Source: a virus
Virus record (IMG/VR): IMGVR_UViG_3300028131_000005
Span: 14,890-78,889 of that record
Length of the DNA: 64,000 nucleotides
Reading direction: 5' to 3' (one strand)
In this document: positions 9,711 to 19,022 of the stretch, in pieces
Numbering within the stretch: the first letter of the stretch is position 1
How the letters are laid out: the number at the start of each line of letters is the position of its first letter
Notes under the pieces: generated by a model
Databases searched by the model: none
Seen by the model: only the letters and a program-made list of their open reading frames with translations
What the model was told of the DNA's origin: nothing
Translations under genes and position numbers: made by a program

Positions 9711-10142
9711 ATGAGCAAAGAAATTATTATAGAAGCTTTAATTGCAGCATCAAAGTGGGGTGAATGGGCTTATGACTCAAAAGAAAGAGAAAGACAGGGT
9801 AAAACTAATCTACAAGACTTTAAGAAATGGAGAAGAGAGATAATGGAAGATATTTACAATGACTATATAAACCATGCTGATACAGACAGTTTACTCAGCT
9901 TAATCACAAAGCAATACGGCCCAATACTACCTGATTTTGATATCAATAAACCTTTATTAATGGTTTATGTAGATCATGAAGAACCCTTTGTATATACAGG
10001 AACAGGACCAGAATTGTTAGAAATTTGTAAGGAGTTGTTTCCAGACAATTGGGAGGATTCACAAGGAAGTGACGAGTCGTTTATAGAATGGTTCACTAAT
10101 GAGCTATCCCGCGGAATAACTTGTGCATTTTATGAATTATAA
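9711..10142 (+). CDS. Hypothetical protein
   Basis: ORF track. Confidence 0.55.
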   Translation: MSKEIIIEALIAASKWGEWAYDSKERERQGKTNLQDFKKWRREIMEDIYNDYINHADTDSLLSLITKQYGPILPDFDINKPLLMVYVDHEEPFVYTGTGPELLEICKELFPDNWEDSQGSDESFIEWFTNELSRGITCAFYEL

Positions 10143-10329
10143 GACACTCAAAAAGTATTTAGATAAAAACCAAAACAAAGATGAGTAAAGAAGAAAGATA
10201 CACTGATAAAGAAATGTTACAAAGAACTAAAGTAAGTCAATTACCAGATCATTGGACTATACTAGATATAATTGAAGCATACGATGAACATGTGATTGGT
10301 CATTTACAAACAATTAAAGAATCAAAATC

Positions 10330-10872
10330 ATGATTTGCAGAAAATGTAGCGAAAGTATTCCACAAGGAAGGGCAGATTTAGGTTACTCTGTTTGTGTTGA
10401 ATGTTCAGAAGTAGAAAAGTATGGCTGCGTCGATGTTGTACAGCACAAGACTGGAAATACAATCGAAGTACTTTCTAGAAAAGATGCAGAACAGGCAAAC
10501 AAATTAACTCAAAGGACTGGGTTTGGAACTCTAAGAAGTTTAAGATCTGGAACTAGTTCTAAAAAAGAAAAGCTGACATCTGGAAAATGTTGTTCTACTG
10601 CTTTTGTCGGAAACGAAAAAAGTTTCGAAAAAGTCGGAAAGGATTGCATGTTGTGGGTAGAACTTGAAGATTGGGAAAAGGTAACCTATACTCTTCAAAG
10701 GGCCTTAGATAAAAGAGACATCTCAAAAGGACAATGGAATCAATTGACTAAGATATTTAAAGAGTTTATGCCGAAAAAAGAAAACAAAGTGCAAAAAACG
10801 ACTATAAAACCTGTAGATGAAGAAATTAGCCATGCATTTAAAAATTGGCGCAATTCAAAAATTTATAAATAA
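10330..10872 (+). CDS. Protein with TraR/DksA-type C4 zinc finger
   Basis: CRKCSESIPQGRADLGYSVCVEC matches CxxCxxxIPxxR...CVxC. Confidence 0.6.
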   Translation: MICRKCSESIPQGRADLGYSVCVECSEVEKYGCVDVVQHKTGNTIEVLSRKDAEQANKLTQRTGFGTLRSLRSGTSSKKEKLTSGKCCSTAFVGNEKSFEKVGKDCMLWVELEDWEKVTYTLQRALDKRDISKGQWNQLTKIFKEFMPKKENKVQKTTIKPVDEEISHAFKNWRNSKIYK

Positions 10873-10885
10873 AAGTGAAAATAAA

Positions 10886-10935
10886 TGCCCTCAGATTTTT
10901 TTATGTCGTTTTTTATTCTTATATTTATACTATAA
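10886..10935 (+). promoter_or_regulatory. Class I promoter motif (upstream of NAD operon)
   Basis: TGCCCTCAGATTTTTTTATGTCGTTTTTTATTCTTATATTTATACTATAA. Confidence 0.7.
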
Positions 10936-10947
10936 CAAATTAACAAT

Positions 10948-11805
10948 ATGATACAACTCAACTTATATCCAAATCAAAAAAAAGGAATCGACTACGAAAT
11001 TTATAAATTTCCAGATGGTCAACAATCTATTAAAATAGAAGATTTTGCATTTCAGCATGATGTTTTAGAGGTAGAAATTGTAAGCCCTTTTACTTCATTC
11101 CTAGATTTAGAATTAATAATCTGTGCTAACCAAGCCCTTAAAGAAATGGGAGTTCAAAAAGTCAGTTTATATACCCCATATTTCTTAGGTGGTAGAAGTG
11201 ATAGAAAATTCGAAGAAGGAACTTCAAACTATTTAAAAACAGTAGTTTGTCCAATTATTAACAGTCAAAACTTTGATAGAGTTACTGTTTTAGACCCACA
11301 TTCAGATGTAATAGAAGCGTGTCTTAATAACTTCAAAGGAATCGATACTCTTGATTTTGCTGATCAGGTTTTAAAAGATGTAAAAGACCAATATTACCCA
11401 ACATCGGAATACCCAGTGGTACTTGTATCTCCAGATGCAGGAGCTCTCAAAAAAGTATTCAAAATTCAGAAAGCTACAAAGATTGAAAATCTTGTAATTG
11501 GCTCTAAAAATAGAGATGTTAAAGGTCAAATAACACATACTTCTATTTCAGGACTGAAAGACATAAATATCTCAAACGCAACCTATGTTATCTTTGATGA
11601 TATATGCGATGGAGGTAGAACCTTCCTTGAACTTGCTAAAGTTATAAAAAAAGAAAAAGAAAATGCTAGAATAGTTTTAGCAGTAACACATGGTCTCTTT
11701 ACTAAAGGTCTTCCGATCGAACATGTCGACCATGTATACACCACAGACTCTATTGTTCGTGAATTTGAATCAAAGAGTCTTACTATTATAAATTGTAACA
11801 AATAA
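10948..11805 (+). CDS. Ribose-phosphate pyrophosphokinase-like protein (candidate ADPR-PP synthetase, Adps)
   Basis: FPDGQ, PYFLGGRSDR, DPHS, SPDAGA, DDICDGGRTF and THGLF motifs of the PRS family; adjacent to a NAMPT-like gene. Confidence 0.85.
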   Translation: MIQLNLYPNQKKGIDYEIYKFPDGQQSIKIEDFAFQHDVLEVEIVSPFTSFLDLELIICANQALKEMGVQKVSLYTPYFLGGRSDRKFEEGTSNYLKTVVCPIINSQNFDRVTVLDPHSDVIEACLNNFKGIDTLDFADQVLKDVKDQYYPTSEYPVVLVSPDAGALKKVFKIQKATKIENLVIGSKNRDVKGQITHTSISGLKDINISNATYVIFDDICDGGRTFLELAKVIKKEKENARIVLAVTHGLFTKGLPIEHVDHVYTTDSIVREFESKSLTIINCNK

Positions 11806-11816
11806 ACCTATATAAT

Positions 11817-13334
11817 ATGAAAATGAATAGCTTATTTTTAACAGATGGTTACAAAACAGGACACCATCAACAATATCCAAAAGGAACAAACACTGTTTAT
11901 TCCAACTGGACACCAAGAGGAAACAAGTACGCACCGAGAGGTTGTGATAAAGTTGTTTCATTTGGACAACAAATGGTAATTCAATGGTTAGTAGACCATT
12001 TCAATGAAAACTTTTTTAGTCAGCCTAAAGAAGAAGTTTGTGGCCAAATGAAAACTGAATTGTCAATGTACTTAAATACAGACTATGATGTAACTCATTT
12101 TGAAGAACTTCACGATTTAGGTTATCTTCCTATTGAAGTGAAATCTATAGAAGAAGGAATTGAAGTTCCTTTAAGAGTTCCAATGTTGACAGTGCAAAAT
12201 ACTGGAAACTTTGGATGGTTGACTAACTTTTTAGAGACTATTTTCTCTAACATGTTATGGCAACCAATGACTTCAGCAACAATCGCTTTATTATATAAGC
12301 GAATTTTAACTGAAGGTGCTTTAAAAACGGATAAAGATGCAATTGGTTTCGTAGACTTCCAAGGACATGACTTTTCTATGAGAGGAATGGGAGGATTTAT
12401 GAGTACCATCTTAAGTGGACTAGGACACGCTGCCGCATTTAGTGGAAGTGATTCTTTGCCAGTTATTGCAGCAGCCAGAAACTACTATGATGAAGATGGT
12501 TTTATCGTCGGTTCAGTAAACGCTACAGAGCATTCAGTAATGTGTGCTGGAACTAAAGGAGATGAATTAGGAACCTTTAGAAGATTGATGGAGACTTATC
12601 CAACAGGAATATTAAGTATTGTATCTGATACTTGGGACTTATGGACAGTAGTCACTGATTATTTACCAACTTTAAAAGACGAAATCATGAGTCGAGATGG
12701 TAAAATAGTTATTCGACCTGACAGTGGAGACCCAGTAGATATTCTTTGTGGATATAACTCTCTTACGACAGACGAGTTCAAGGGCAAGGCAATCACTGTG
12801 GGTGATGCACATCCTGCTAATAAAGGTTTAATTGAACTTTTATGGGAAACCTTTGGAGGAACCACAAATTCACAGGGTTACAAAGTCTTAGACCAGCATA
12901 TTGGAGCAATTTATGGAGATAGTATTACTCCAGATCGAGCAAGACAAATTATTGAAAGACTTGCTAGAAAAGGATTCGCTTCTACAAACGTAGTTCTAGG
13001 TATTGGAAGTTACACTTATCAGTACAACACTAGAGATACATTTGGTTTCGCGATGAAAGCAACCTATGTTGAAGTTGAAGGAAAAGGAAGAGAAATCTTT
13101 AAAGACCCTATCACAGATGATGGAACCAAAAAATCTGCAAAAGGTTTATTACATGTAAGTAAGAACCCAGAAACTGGAGAACTAGAACTAAGAGATATGG
13201 TTTCTAGAAAAACAGAAGCAGAAGGAGAATTGAAAACTATCTTCAAAGACGGTAAATTCTACAATAGAACTACCTTAACTGAAGTTAGAAATAAAATCTC
13301 TAACTTAATTACAAACCCTAAATTGGTTAAATAA
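11817..13334 (+). CDS. Nicotinamide phosphoribosyltransferase-like protein (candidate Namat)
   Basis: TDGYKTGH, HDFSMRG, ATEHSVM, VSDTWD, IRPDSGDP, YGDSIT, KDPITDDGTKKSAKG. Confidence 0.9.
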   Translation: MKMNSLFLTDGYKTGHHQQYPKGTNTVYSNWTPRGNKYAPRGCDKVVSFGQQMVIQWLVDHFNENFFSQPKEEVCGQMKTELSMYLNTDYDVTHFEELHDLGYLPIEVKSIEEGIEVPLRVPMLTVQNTGNFGWLTNFLETIFSNMLWQPMTSATIALLYKRILTEGALKTDKDAIGFVDFQGHDFSMRGMGGFMSTILSGLGHAAAFSGSDSLPVIAAARNYYDEDGFIVGSVNATEHSVMCAGTKGDELGTFRRLMETYPTGILSIVSDTWDLWTVVTDYLPTLKDEIMSRDGKIVIRPDSGDPVDILCGYNSLTTDEFKGKAITVGDAHPANKGLIELLWETFGGTTNSQGYKVLDQHIGAIYGDSITPDRARQIIERLARKGFASTNVVLGIGSYTYQYNTRDTFGFAMKATYVEVEGKGREIFKDPITDDGTKKSAKGLLHVSKNPETGELELRDMVSRKTEAEGELKTIFKDGKFYNRTTLTEVRNKISNLITNPKLVK

Positions 13335-13351
13335 AAATCATAGATAAATAC

Positions 13352-13380
13352 AGCAGAGTGAAACTATTCACTCTGCTTTT
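13352..13380 (+). terminator. Intrinsic terminator after the NAD operon (overlaps a class II motif)
   Basis: AGCAGAGTGAA-acta-TTCACTCTGCT followed by TTT. Confidence 0.7.
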
Positions 13381-13391
13381 ATATTAAAAAT

Positions 13392-13661
13392 ATGCATTTA
13401 AAAGAACAAATAACATACGTTAAAAAAATTGTAGGTAGTTGCAAAACAGAAGAACAAAAAACTGTAGCAACTTCTTGGGCTGAAAAGTGGGCCAAAAGAA
13501 CACAAAAGATATTCCCAAACGTCATAGACAATTGGGTAGATTTATTTATAGAGGTTATGCAAGTTGACTGTGCATGTTCAACTGGAAAAGTTGTTAAGTC
13601 ACATAACCCAAAATGTAGTTATATGAATGAAATTTTTGGAGAAGATGTGGGAGAGAGATAG
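13392..13661 (+). CDS. Hypothetical protein
   Basis: ORF track. Confidence 0.5.
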   Translation: MHLKEQITYVKKIVGSCKTEEQKTVATSWAEKWAKRTQKIFPNVIDNWVDLFIEVMQVDCACSTGKVVKSHNPKCSYMNEIFGEDVGER

Positions 13662-13914
13662 TAGACTTTTAATGGCTTTCCTTTTATTTCTTTTAGGAGT
13701 AATTCTTTTAGCTTCATGCGGAACCAGAGTAGTTACAATAAAAGAACAGATTCCTGTAACTTATAACTATGAAATAGAGACTCCACATTATAATTTAAGT
13801 GGAGCTTGTTTTCCTCAAAAAACATTGCGATTTTCTTATAAAGATACGGTAGAATTAGAATATGAATATGTTAGAAATATTAACAGATATATAAGGAGAA
13901 ATGGCAAAAAATAA
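13627..13914 (+). CDS. Putative lipoprotein
   Basis: Hydrophobic stretch ending in a LASC lipobox. Confidence 0.5.
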   Translation: MKFLEKMWERDSRLLMAFLLFLLGVILLASCGTRVVTIKEQIPVTYNYEIETPHYNLSGACFPQKTLRFSYKDTVELEYEYVRNINRYIRRNGKK

Positions 13915-14224
13915 AAAGAGCGTGAAGACAATTAAAGTAATGAAAGAAGAGTATAAAACTCTTAAACCTGGTGAGTTCAGACATGTTATTTTAGAGAACT
14001 TTTTCTTTGGTTTAAGTGGAGCTATCATAGTTCCATTTATTGCTGTAAGACTAGATATTGCAGTTCTTATTTGTTACATGATTCATTACTTCTATATTAG
14101 CAAGGTTATTAACAGACCTAAATACGTTACCAGTCTTGCAAAGTTTCTATTATTCCCTATTCCTACTGCACTAGGAGGGTTCACAGGATACAAATTAGCA
14201 TATTATATAAGTACACTACTATGA
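13901..14224 (+). CDS. Membrane protein
   Basis: Three hydrophobic segments. Confidence 0.55.
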   Translation: MAKNKKSVKTIKVMKEEYKTLKPGEFRHVILENFFFGLSGAIIVPFIAVRLDIAVLICYMIHYFYISKVINRPKYVTSLAKFLLFPIPTALGGFTGYKLAYYISTLL

Positions 14225-14403
14225 CAAAACAAAATACACAGAAAGACTACGAGCATGTTAATTTAATTCTTAAAGAAGCAGAAAAGCACGGTTTAAGATG
14301 GGAAGTAGAGAACACGGCTACAAAAATAATAAAAGAATACCCAACTATGGAAATAGTAGATGCGTTCACCCATGCATTTAATGATTGGGTAAAATAAACT
14401 AAA

Positions 14404-14592
14404 ATGGCAAAATTAATAAAAACAGTAATAATACAAAAAACAATTACTTACGAGGCAGATCTTTCTAAGCAAGAAATAGAACAGTACCTGGAAAATGAAG
14501 ATAGCTGTGTACTATTTAATTTTGAAGAAACTGACTGTAAAGAAAGACAAACTGAATGGGTAAGAATTTACACGGACCAAACACCATATTAA
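14404..14592 (+). CDS. Hypothetical protein
   Basis: ORF track. Confidence 0.45.
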   Translation: MAKLIKTVIIQKTITYEADLSKQEIEQYLENEDSCVLFNFEETDCKERQTEWVRIYTDQTPY

Positions 14593-14762
14593 ATGACAAG
14601 AAAGGAATATGAAAATCAGCTTAATTCATTATTAGAGCAGATTCAAGAATTAGAAAAAGTACCAGGAAAAAGATCTTCTGAAAAAGTAAGACAACTAAGA
14701 ACCGAAGTAGCAAGAACTAAATTAGAAAATTTAAAGTTTTCTAATGTTTTACGCTAAGTGAT

Positions 14763-14788
14763 AAACTATTTTTAACTTTTTTATATAA
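14763..14788 (+). promoter_or_regulatory. Class II promoter motif AAAC-N16-ATATAA (representative of 14 copies)
   Basis: Same arrangement at 5545, 13361, 14763, 20545, 21012, 21297, 25128, 27661, 34113, 39561, 49941, 53495, 61860 and 63030. Confidence 0.65.
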
Positions 14789-14793
14789 TACAC

Positions 14794-15267
14794 ATGAAAC
14801 TTATTTTAGTAGGAAAAGCAGCAGCAGGAAAAGATTATTTAAGAGAAAGATTAGAACATAAATCTTTTATTTCTGGTGTAAGTCATACAACACGTCCTCC
14901 AAGAAAAACAGAAACAGACGGAGTAGACTATCATTATACTACAGAAGAGAAATTTAAAGAGCTTATAGATTCTGGAGAAATGTTAGAACACATGATATTT
15001 AAAGGAACCTATTATGGTTTAACAAGAGAAGAGTTTGATAAAGGCGACATACTTATTATGTCTCCAGAAGGTCTAGAACTTTTACCAGAAGATATTAAAA
15101 AACAATGTATGATAATCTATTTAGATATCGAACCAACTACCAGATTAGTCCGATTAATCTTACGCGATGATAAAAACGATACATTAGAGCGTAGATTTGA
15201 GGCAGATGAAAAGCAATTTAAAAACTTTGAAGAATTCGATTTAAGGGTAACGAATTCCGAATTTTAA
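14794..15267 (+). CDS. gmk: Guanylate kinase-like protein
   Basis: P-loop GKAAAGKD, SHTTRPPRKTETDGVDYHY, YYG. Confidence 0.85.
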   Translation: MKLILVGKAAAGKDYLRERLEHKSFISGVSHTTRPPRKTETDGVDYHYTTEEKFKELIDSGEMLEHMIFKGTYYGLTREEFDKGDILIMSPEGLELLPEDIKKQCMIIYLDIEPTTRLVRLILRDDKNDTLERRFEADEKQFKNFEEFDLRVTNSEF

Positions 15268-15301
15268 AGATATATAACTAACACCCTAAAATTTATATTA
15301 A

Positions 15302-15850
15302 ATGTCAAAACTAGAAGACTTAAAAACAAAAAGAGATGAACTAGAAGCTGAAGCAACAAGATTAGCTGAATTAGAAGCATCCAAAATTTTCACAGTAGAA
15401 ATTGATGATGTGAAAATGATTAAAACAATCCAAGACCACCTTAACAAAGGTTACACATGGACTACAAAAAATGCAGCAATTATCGTAACTTTATACGATA
15501 AATTGAAAACTGAAAGAACTCGAATCACTAAAGAATTTGCTGAACTCGAAACAGACCAAGAGGTTGCTGATTATCAACCAGTTCTAGAGTTAAAAGCATA
15601 TGAGCTTAACGGACTTTACCAAGCCCTATTGAATGTAAATGGCGAAGGTATTGAAAATGCTAGAAAATTCATTAGAATGCTAACATTAGTAGGAGAATCA
15701 GTTACAACAGCAATGACTGAAATGTCAGAGTCTAATAAAGTCATGACTGATTTACATGTAGAACTAAATGACGTTGATGGAACTATCCAACATTTAGAAG
15801 ATGCAGAAAACAGAGAAGAAGTCGAACCAACGTTAACTAGCGAGGGATAG
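15302..15850 (+). CDS. Hypothetical acidic coiled-coil protein
   Basis: ORF preceded by GATATATAA at 15269. Confidence 0.6.
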   Translation: MSKLEDLKTKRDELEAEATRLAELEASKIFTVEIDDVKMIKTIQDHLNKGYTWTTKNAAIIVTLYDKLKTERTRITKEFAELETDQEVADYQPVLELKAYELNGLYQALLNVNGEGIENARKFIRMLTLVGESVTTAMTEMSESNKVMTDLHVELNDVDGTIQHLEDAENREEVEPTLTSEG

Positions 15851-15857
15851 GATTTAT

Positions 15858-16385
15858 ATGGAAGGTAAAACTTATATAACATCAAACATGCAACTTGGAA
15901 GGCCTTCTGCCATTGGAAAATGGAAACGGCCTTTCAAGAATGTTGATGAAATGACAGAAACTCTAATTAAGAATTGGAATGATACTGTTACGAACAGAGA
16001 CGTTGTATATCATTTAGGTAACTTTGCATGGGACCCTAAAACAGCTTACGATTCAGTAATGGCTCTTAATGGCCGAGAAATTTATTTTATTCAAGCAGAA
16101 ACAGATGCTCCTTTATTAGAGCTTTGGCAAAAAGATACGCTACCTGAAAAAGTCAAAATTATTGATGACGTCTGTTTTGATGCTGAAAAAAACAGAGTTT
16201 ACTCATATTGGCCTTTAAAGGAATGGAAAAACAAATCCAAGGGATCTTATAATATTATTGGGTATCCAAATAGAAAATACAAAACTAATCCCAAAAATAA
16301 AGTTATTAATTGCAGCGTAGAGCAATGTAACTATAAACCACAAGATTTAGAATCAATACTAGGTCTTCTCAATGAAATAGGATAA
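15858..16385 (+). CDS. Calcineurin-like metallophosphoesterase homolog with substituted metal ligands
   Basis: TSNMQLG / RPF..VDEM.E.LIKNWN..V / YHLGNF align with the TSDxHFGH / YHLGDF motifs; GNHD is absent. Confidence 0.65.
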   Translation: MEGKTYITSNMQLGRPSAIGKWKRPFKNVDEMTETLIKNWNDTVTNRDVVYHLGNFAWDPKTAYDSVMALNGREIYFIQAETDAPLLELWQKDTLPEKVKIIDDVCFDAEKNRVYSYWPLKEWKNKSKGSYNIIGYPNRKYKTNPKNKVINCSVEQCNYKPQDLESILGLLNEIG

Positions 16386-16402
16386 AAAAAATTGAAAATA
16401 AA

Positions 16403-16452
16403 TGCCATAAAGTTTTTTTATGTCGTTTATTTTTGTTATATTTATACTATAA
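16403..16452 (+). promoter_or_regulatory. Class I promoter motif (upstream of sigma factor)
   Basis: TTTTTTTATGTCGTTTATTTTTGTTATATTTATACTATAA. Confidence 0.7.
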
Positions 16453-16470
16453 TTAAAAAACATAAAAAAT

Positions 16471-17070
16471 ATGAAACAAGCGACTTACAGAGAATTAGGA
16501 GAAAACTTCTACAACACACGAACAGAAAAAGACTATAACAAGCTCTATTTAAGAGTTAAACCAGGTCTAAAGAATTACATATTCAAAATGGTAAAAGACA
16601 GCGAAGTGGCTGAAGATTTACTTTCTAATACTCTAGTAAAATTGTGGACTAAAATAGACCAATACAATCCAGAATGGCAAATCACAACTTGGTTATATAA
16701 AATTGCATTCAATGAGTCTCTTGCTTATATTAGAGAAAGAAACAAAAAGTCTTCTCTAGATGGAATGAGAGATGCTGGAGTTCAGCTTTCAAGCAGTGGA
16801 GTTGTTAATGATTCTATCTCAGGTCTAATTGCAAGTTTTGAACAAAAAACTGAAGAAGACTTCATTATGGAAGATGAAGAAATCATGGACCAGTATTATG
16901 GAGCTCTTAAAGCAATCAATGATTTAAAGCCAATGTATAAAGGTATCATGGAAGACCGTCTTATCAAAAACATGAAATATGAAGATATTGCAGATAAGCA
17001 CAACGTTAATCTTCAAACTGTTAAAAACAGAATTCGTAGAGGTAAAGTATTAATCGCAGAAAATATTTAA
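16471..17070 (+). CDS. ECF-type RNA polymerase sigma factor
   Basis: Region 2 AEDLLSNTLVKLW...TTWLYKIAFN; region 4 MKYEDIADKHNVNLQTVKNRIRRG. Confidence 0.88.
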   Translation: MKQATYRELGENFYNTRTEKDYNKLYLRVKPGLKNYIFKMVKDSEVAEDLLSNTLVKLWTKIDQYNPEWQITTWLYKIAFNESLAYIRERNKKSSLDGMRDAGVQLSSSGVVNDSISGLIASFEQKTEEDFIMEDEEIMDQYYGALKAINDLKPMYKGIMEDRLIKNMKYEDIADKHNVNLQTVKNRIRRGKVLIAENI

Positions 17071-17072
17071 AA

Positions 17073-17258
17073 ATGGATAAAGATTTAACAGAAAAAGAAG
17101 TAGAGATGTTAGTAAGATTAAACTCTAGAGCTATGAAAATAATTTTAATAGAAGAGCATTTCTTAAAAAAGAAATTAAGAATCGATACTAAGTACTTAGA
17201 TACTCTTACGACAAAAGAAATAGACGAAATACTAAACACTCATTGCATTGAAAAATAG
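17073..17258 (+). CDS. Hypothetical protein
   Basis: ORF track. Confidence 0.45.
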   Translation: MDKDLTEKEVEMLVRLNSRAMKIILIEEHFLKKKLRIDTKYLDTLTTKEIDEILNTHCIEK

Positions 17259-17443
17259 TAAACTCATAAAAATAACCTATTATGTTTCAGGAGAAACTTC
17301 TATCATAGAAGTAGAGGCTTTAACAGAAAGTTCTTTAGAATTTTATATGGAACAATATCAAAGAAATAGAGAAGCTTTTAAGTGGGAAATTGTAGAAAAT
17401 AAACAGGATATATAATATTCACTCAGAATATACATTGTTTAAA

Positions 17444-18337
17444 ATGAAAAATTGCATTGTACGCATACTTGGTAACGATCTTAGCGGTATTCATGGAGAA
17501 AATCAAACTTTTTCAAATTTAGAATTTACATTAACACACGAACAAGATTTCCAAAACACTGATAAACTCTATATTCTAAATAGGATTGTAAATAAAGAAA
17601 AGCGCAAAAGAATAATCAATCTTTTAAATAAATACAACACTGATTATCTAGAGATAAAATTTTTAAAAGAAGATTTCGATAAATGGTATGAAATTGAAGA
17701 TGTTTGTAAAAAATGGAGTGATTCAAAAACACTTAAAAATATTTTAAAAAATAAATATCGACAAAGAGAGATTTATGAAAGTCTCAAATACCTAAATAGA
17801 TACGTTATTAATATTAACGGTGCTAGAAATTTTGCGCTTGACTATTGCAAAAAGAAATATAAGTGGAGCTTTATTTTAGATTCTAATTCATTTTTACTAG
17901 AAGATTTCAATAGTATCTTAACAAATGTAGACAGCAGTGTCGAATATATTGCTATTCCACAGATAAGAATTCATTCAAATGATGACATATTTTTACCAGA
18001 AAAACTAAATAAATATCAAAAGAAAGAACCTCAATTGATTTTTAAAAACACATCAAAGATTACTTTTAATTCAAATATGACATATGGCGTCGGCGATAAG
18101 GCAGAACTTCTTAGAGTTTTAAATATTCCTGGAATTTGGGATATTTGGAAAAATAGCGATGTACTATTTGGTATTAAAGACAGGCCAAAGGAAGACGTCA
18201 AACACTTAATTACAGGTAGGATAATACGCCTTAGCCATTATAATAAAACCATGGATGATTCATATACCAATTTTTTAAATAGATTAAGCGGTTTATTTAA
18301 TTTAATAAAAGAAATTAGAGAAGGAAAATATGATTAA
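17444..18337 (+). CDS. Putative glycosyltransferase-like protein
   Basis: NGARNFAL followed by ILDSN resembles GT-A elements; first gene of the sulfotransferase cluster. Confidence 0.4.
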   Translation: MKNCIVRILGNDLSGIHGENQTFSNLEFTLTHEQDFQNTDKLYILNRIVNKEKRKRIINLLNKYNTDYLEIKFLKEDFDKWYEIEDVCKKWSDSKTLKNILKNKYRQREIYESLKYLNRYVININGARNFALDYCKKKYKWSFILDSNSFLLEDFNSILTNVDSSVEYIAIPQIRIHSNDDIFLPEKLNKYQKKEPQLIFKNTSKITFNSNMTYGVGDKAELLRVLNIPGIWDIWKNSDVLFGIKDRPKEDVKHLITGRIIRLSHYNKTMDDSYTNFLNRLSGLFNLIKEIREGKYD

Positions 18338-19022
18338 AAATTATACAATTTATGGCGAAAGAGCCTCTGGAACTTCTTTTTTAGAGGAAGCAATAAATTA
18401 CAATTTTAATATTGAATTAACTTGGGATTTTGGCTGGAAACATTTTTTTGGCCATGACCAATTAATAAATACCAACGAAACTTTATTTATAGGAATTGTT
18501 AGAGACCCACATGAATGGCTTAATAGCCTTTATAAGAAGCCATGGCACTTAGAATATTATACTGACATTTACGGATTTTTAAACGATGAGTTTTTTAGTA
18601 TCAATAATGAAAATACAAAGTGGCAACATCTTGAAGAAAATGTTAAGGGAGTTACAAAAAAACTAAATTCTGAAATTATCGAAGATAGAAATATTAAAAC
18701 AGGAAATAGATATAAAAATATATTTGAGTGCAGAGAAGTTAAGTTAGATTATTTATGTAATACTATGCCAAGTTTAGTCGATAACTATATTTTAATAAAA
18801 TATGAAGATCTTAGAGATGATTACATAAACACTTTAAAAAATATAGAAAATAAATTTAAAATAAAAAGAAAGCACCACAATATCGCCAAAATCGAATATT
18901 ATAAAAAGAATAAAAGTAAGAAGTTTATTAAATCAAATAATGTTCATTATATAGACATCGACTTTATTAGAAGGCATGGATATTTTAATTCTAATACAGA
19001 AAAAAAACTGGGATATTCATGA
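18330..19022 (+). CDS. Sulfotransferase-fold protein
   Basis: YGERASGT (PAPS-loop-like), WKH, IVRDP..WL.S, IKYEDL. Confidence 0.7.
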   Translation: MIKNYTIYGERASGTSFLEEAINYNFNIELTWDFGWKHFFGHDQLINTNETLFIGIVRDPHEWLNSLYKKPWHLEYYTDIYGFLNDEFFSINNENTKWQHLEENVKGVTKKLNSEIIEDRNIKTGNRYKNIFECREVKLDYLCNTMPSLVDNYILIKYEDLRDDYINTLKNIENKFKIKRKHHNIAKIEYYKKNKSKKFIKSNNVHYIDIDFIRRHGYFNSNTEKKLGYS

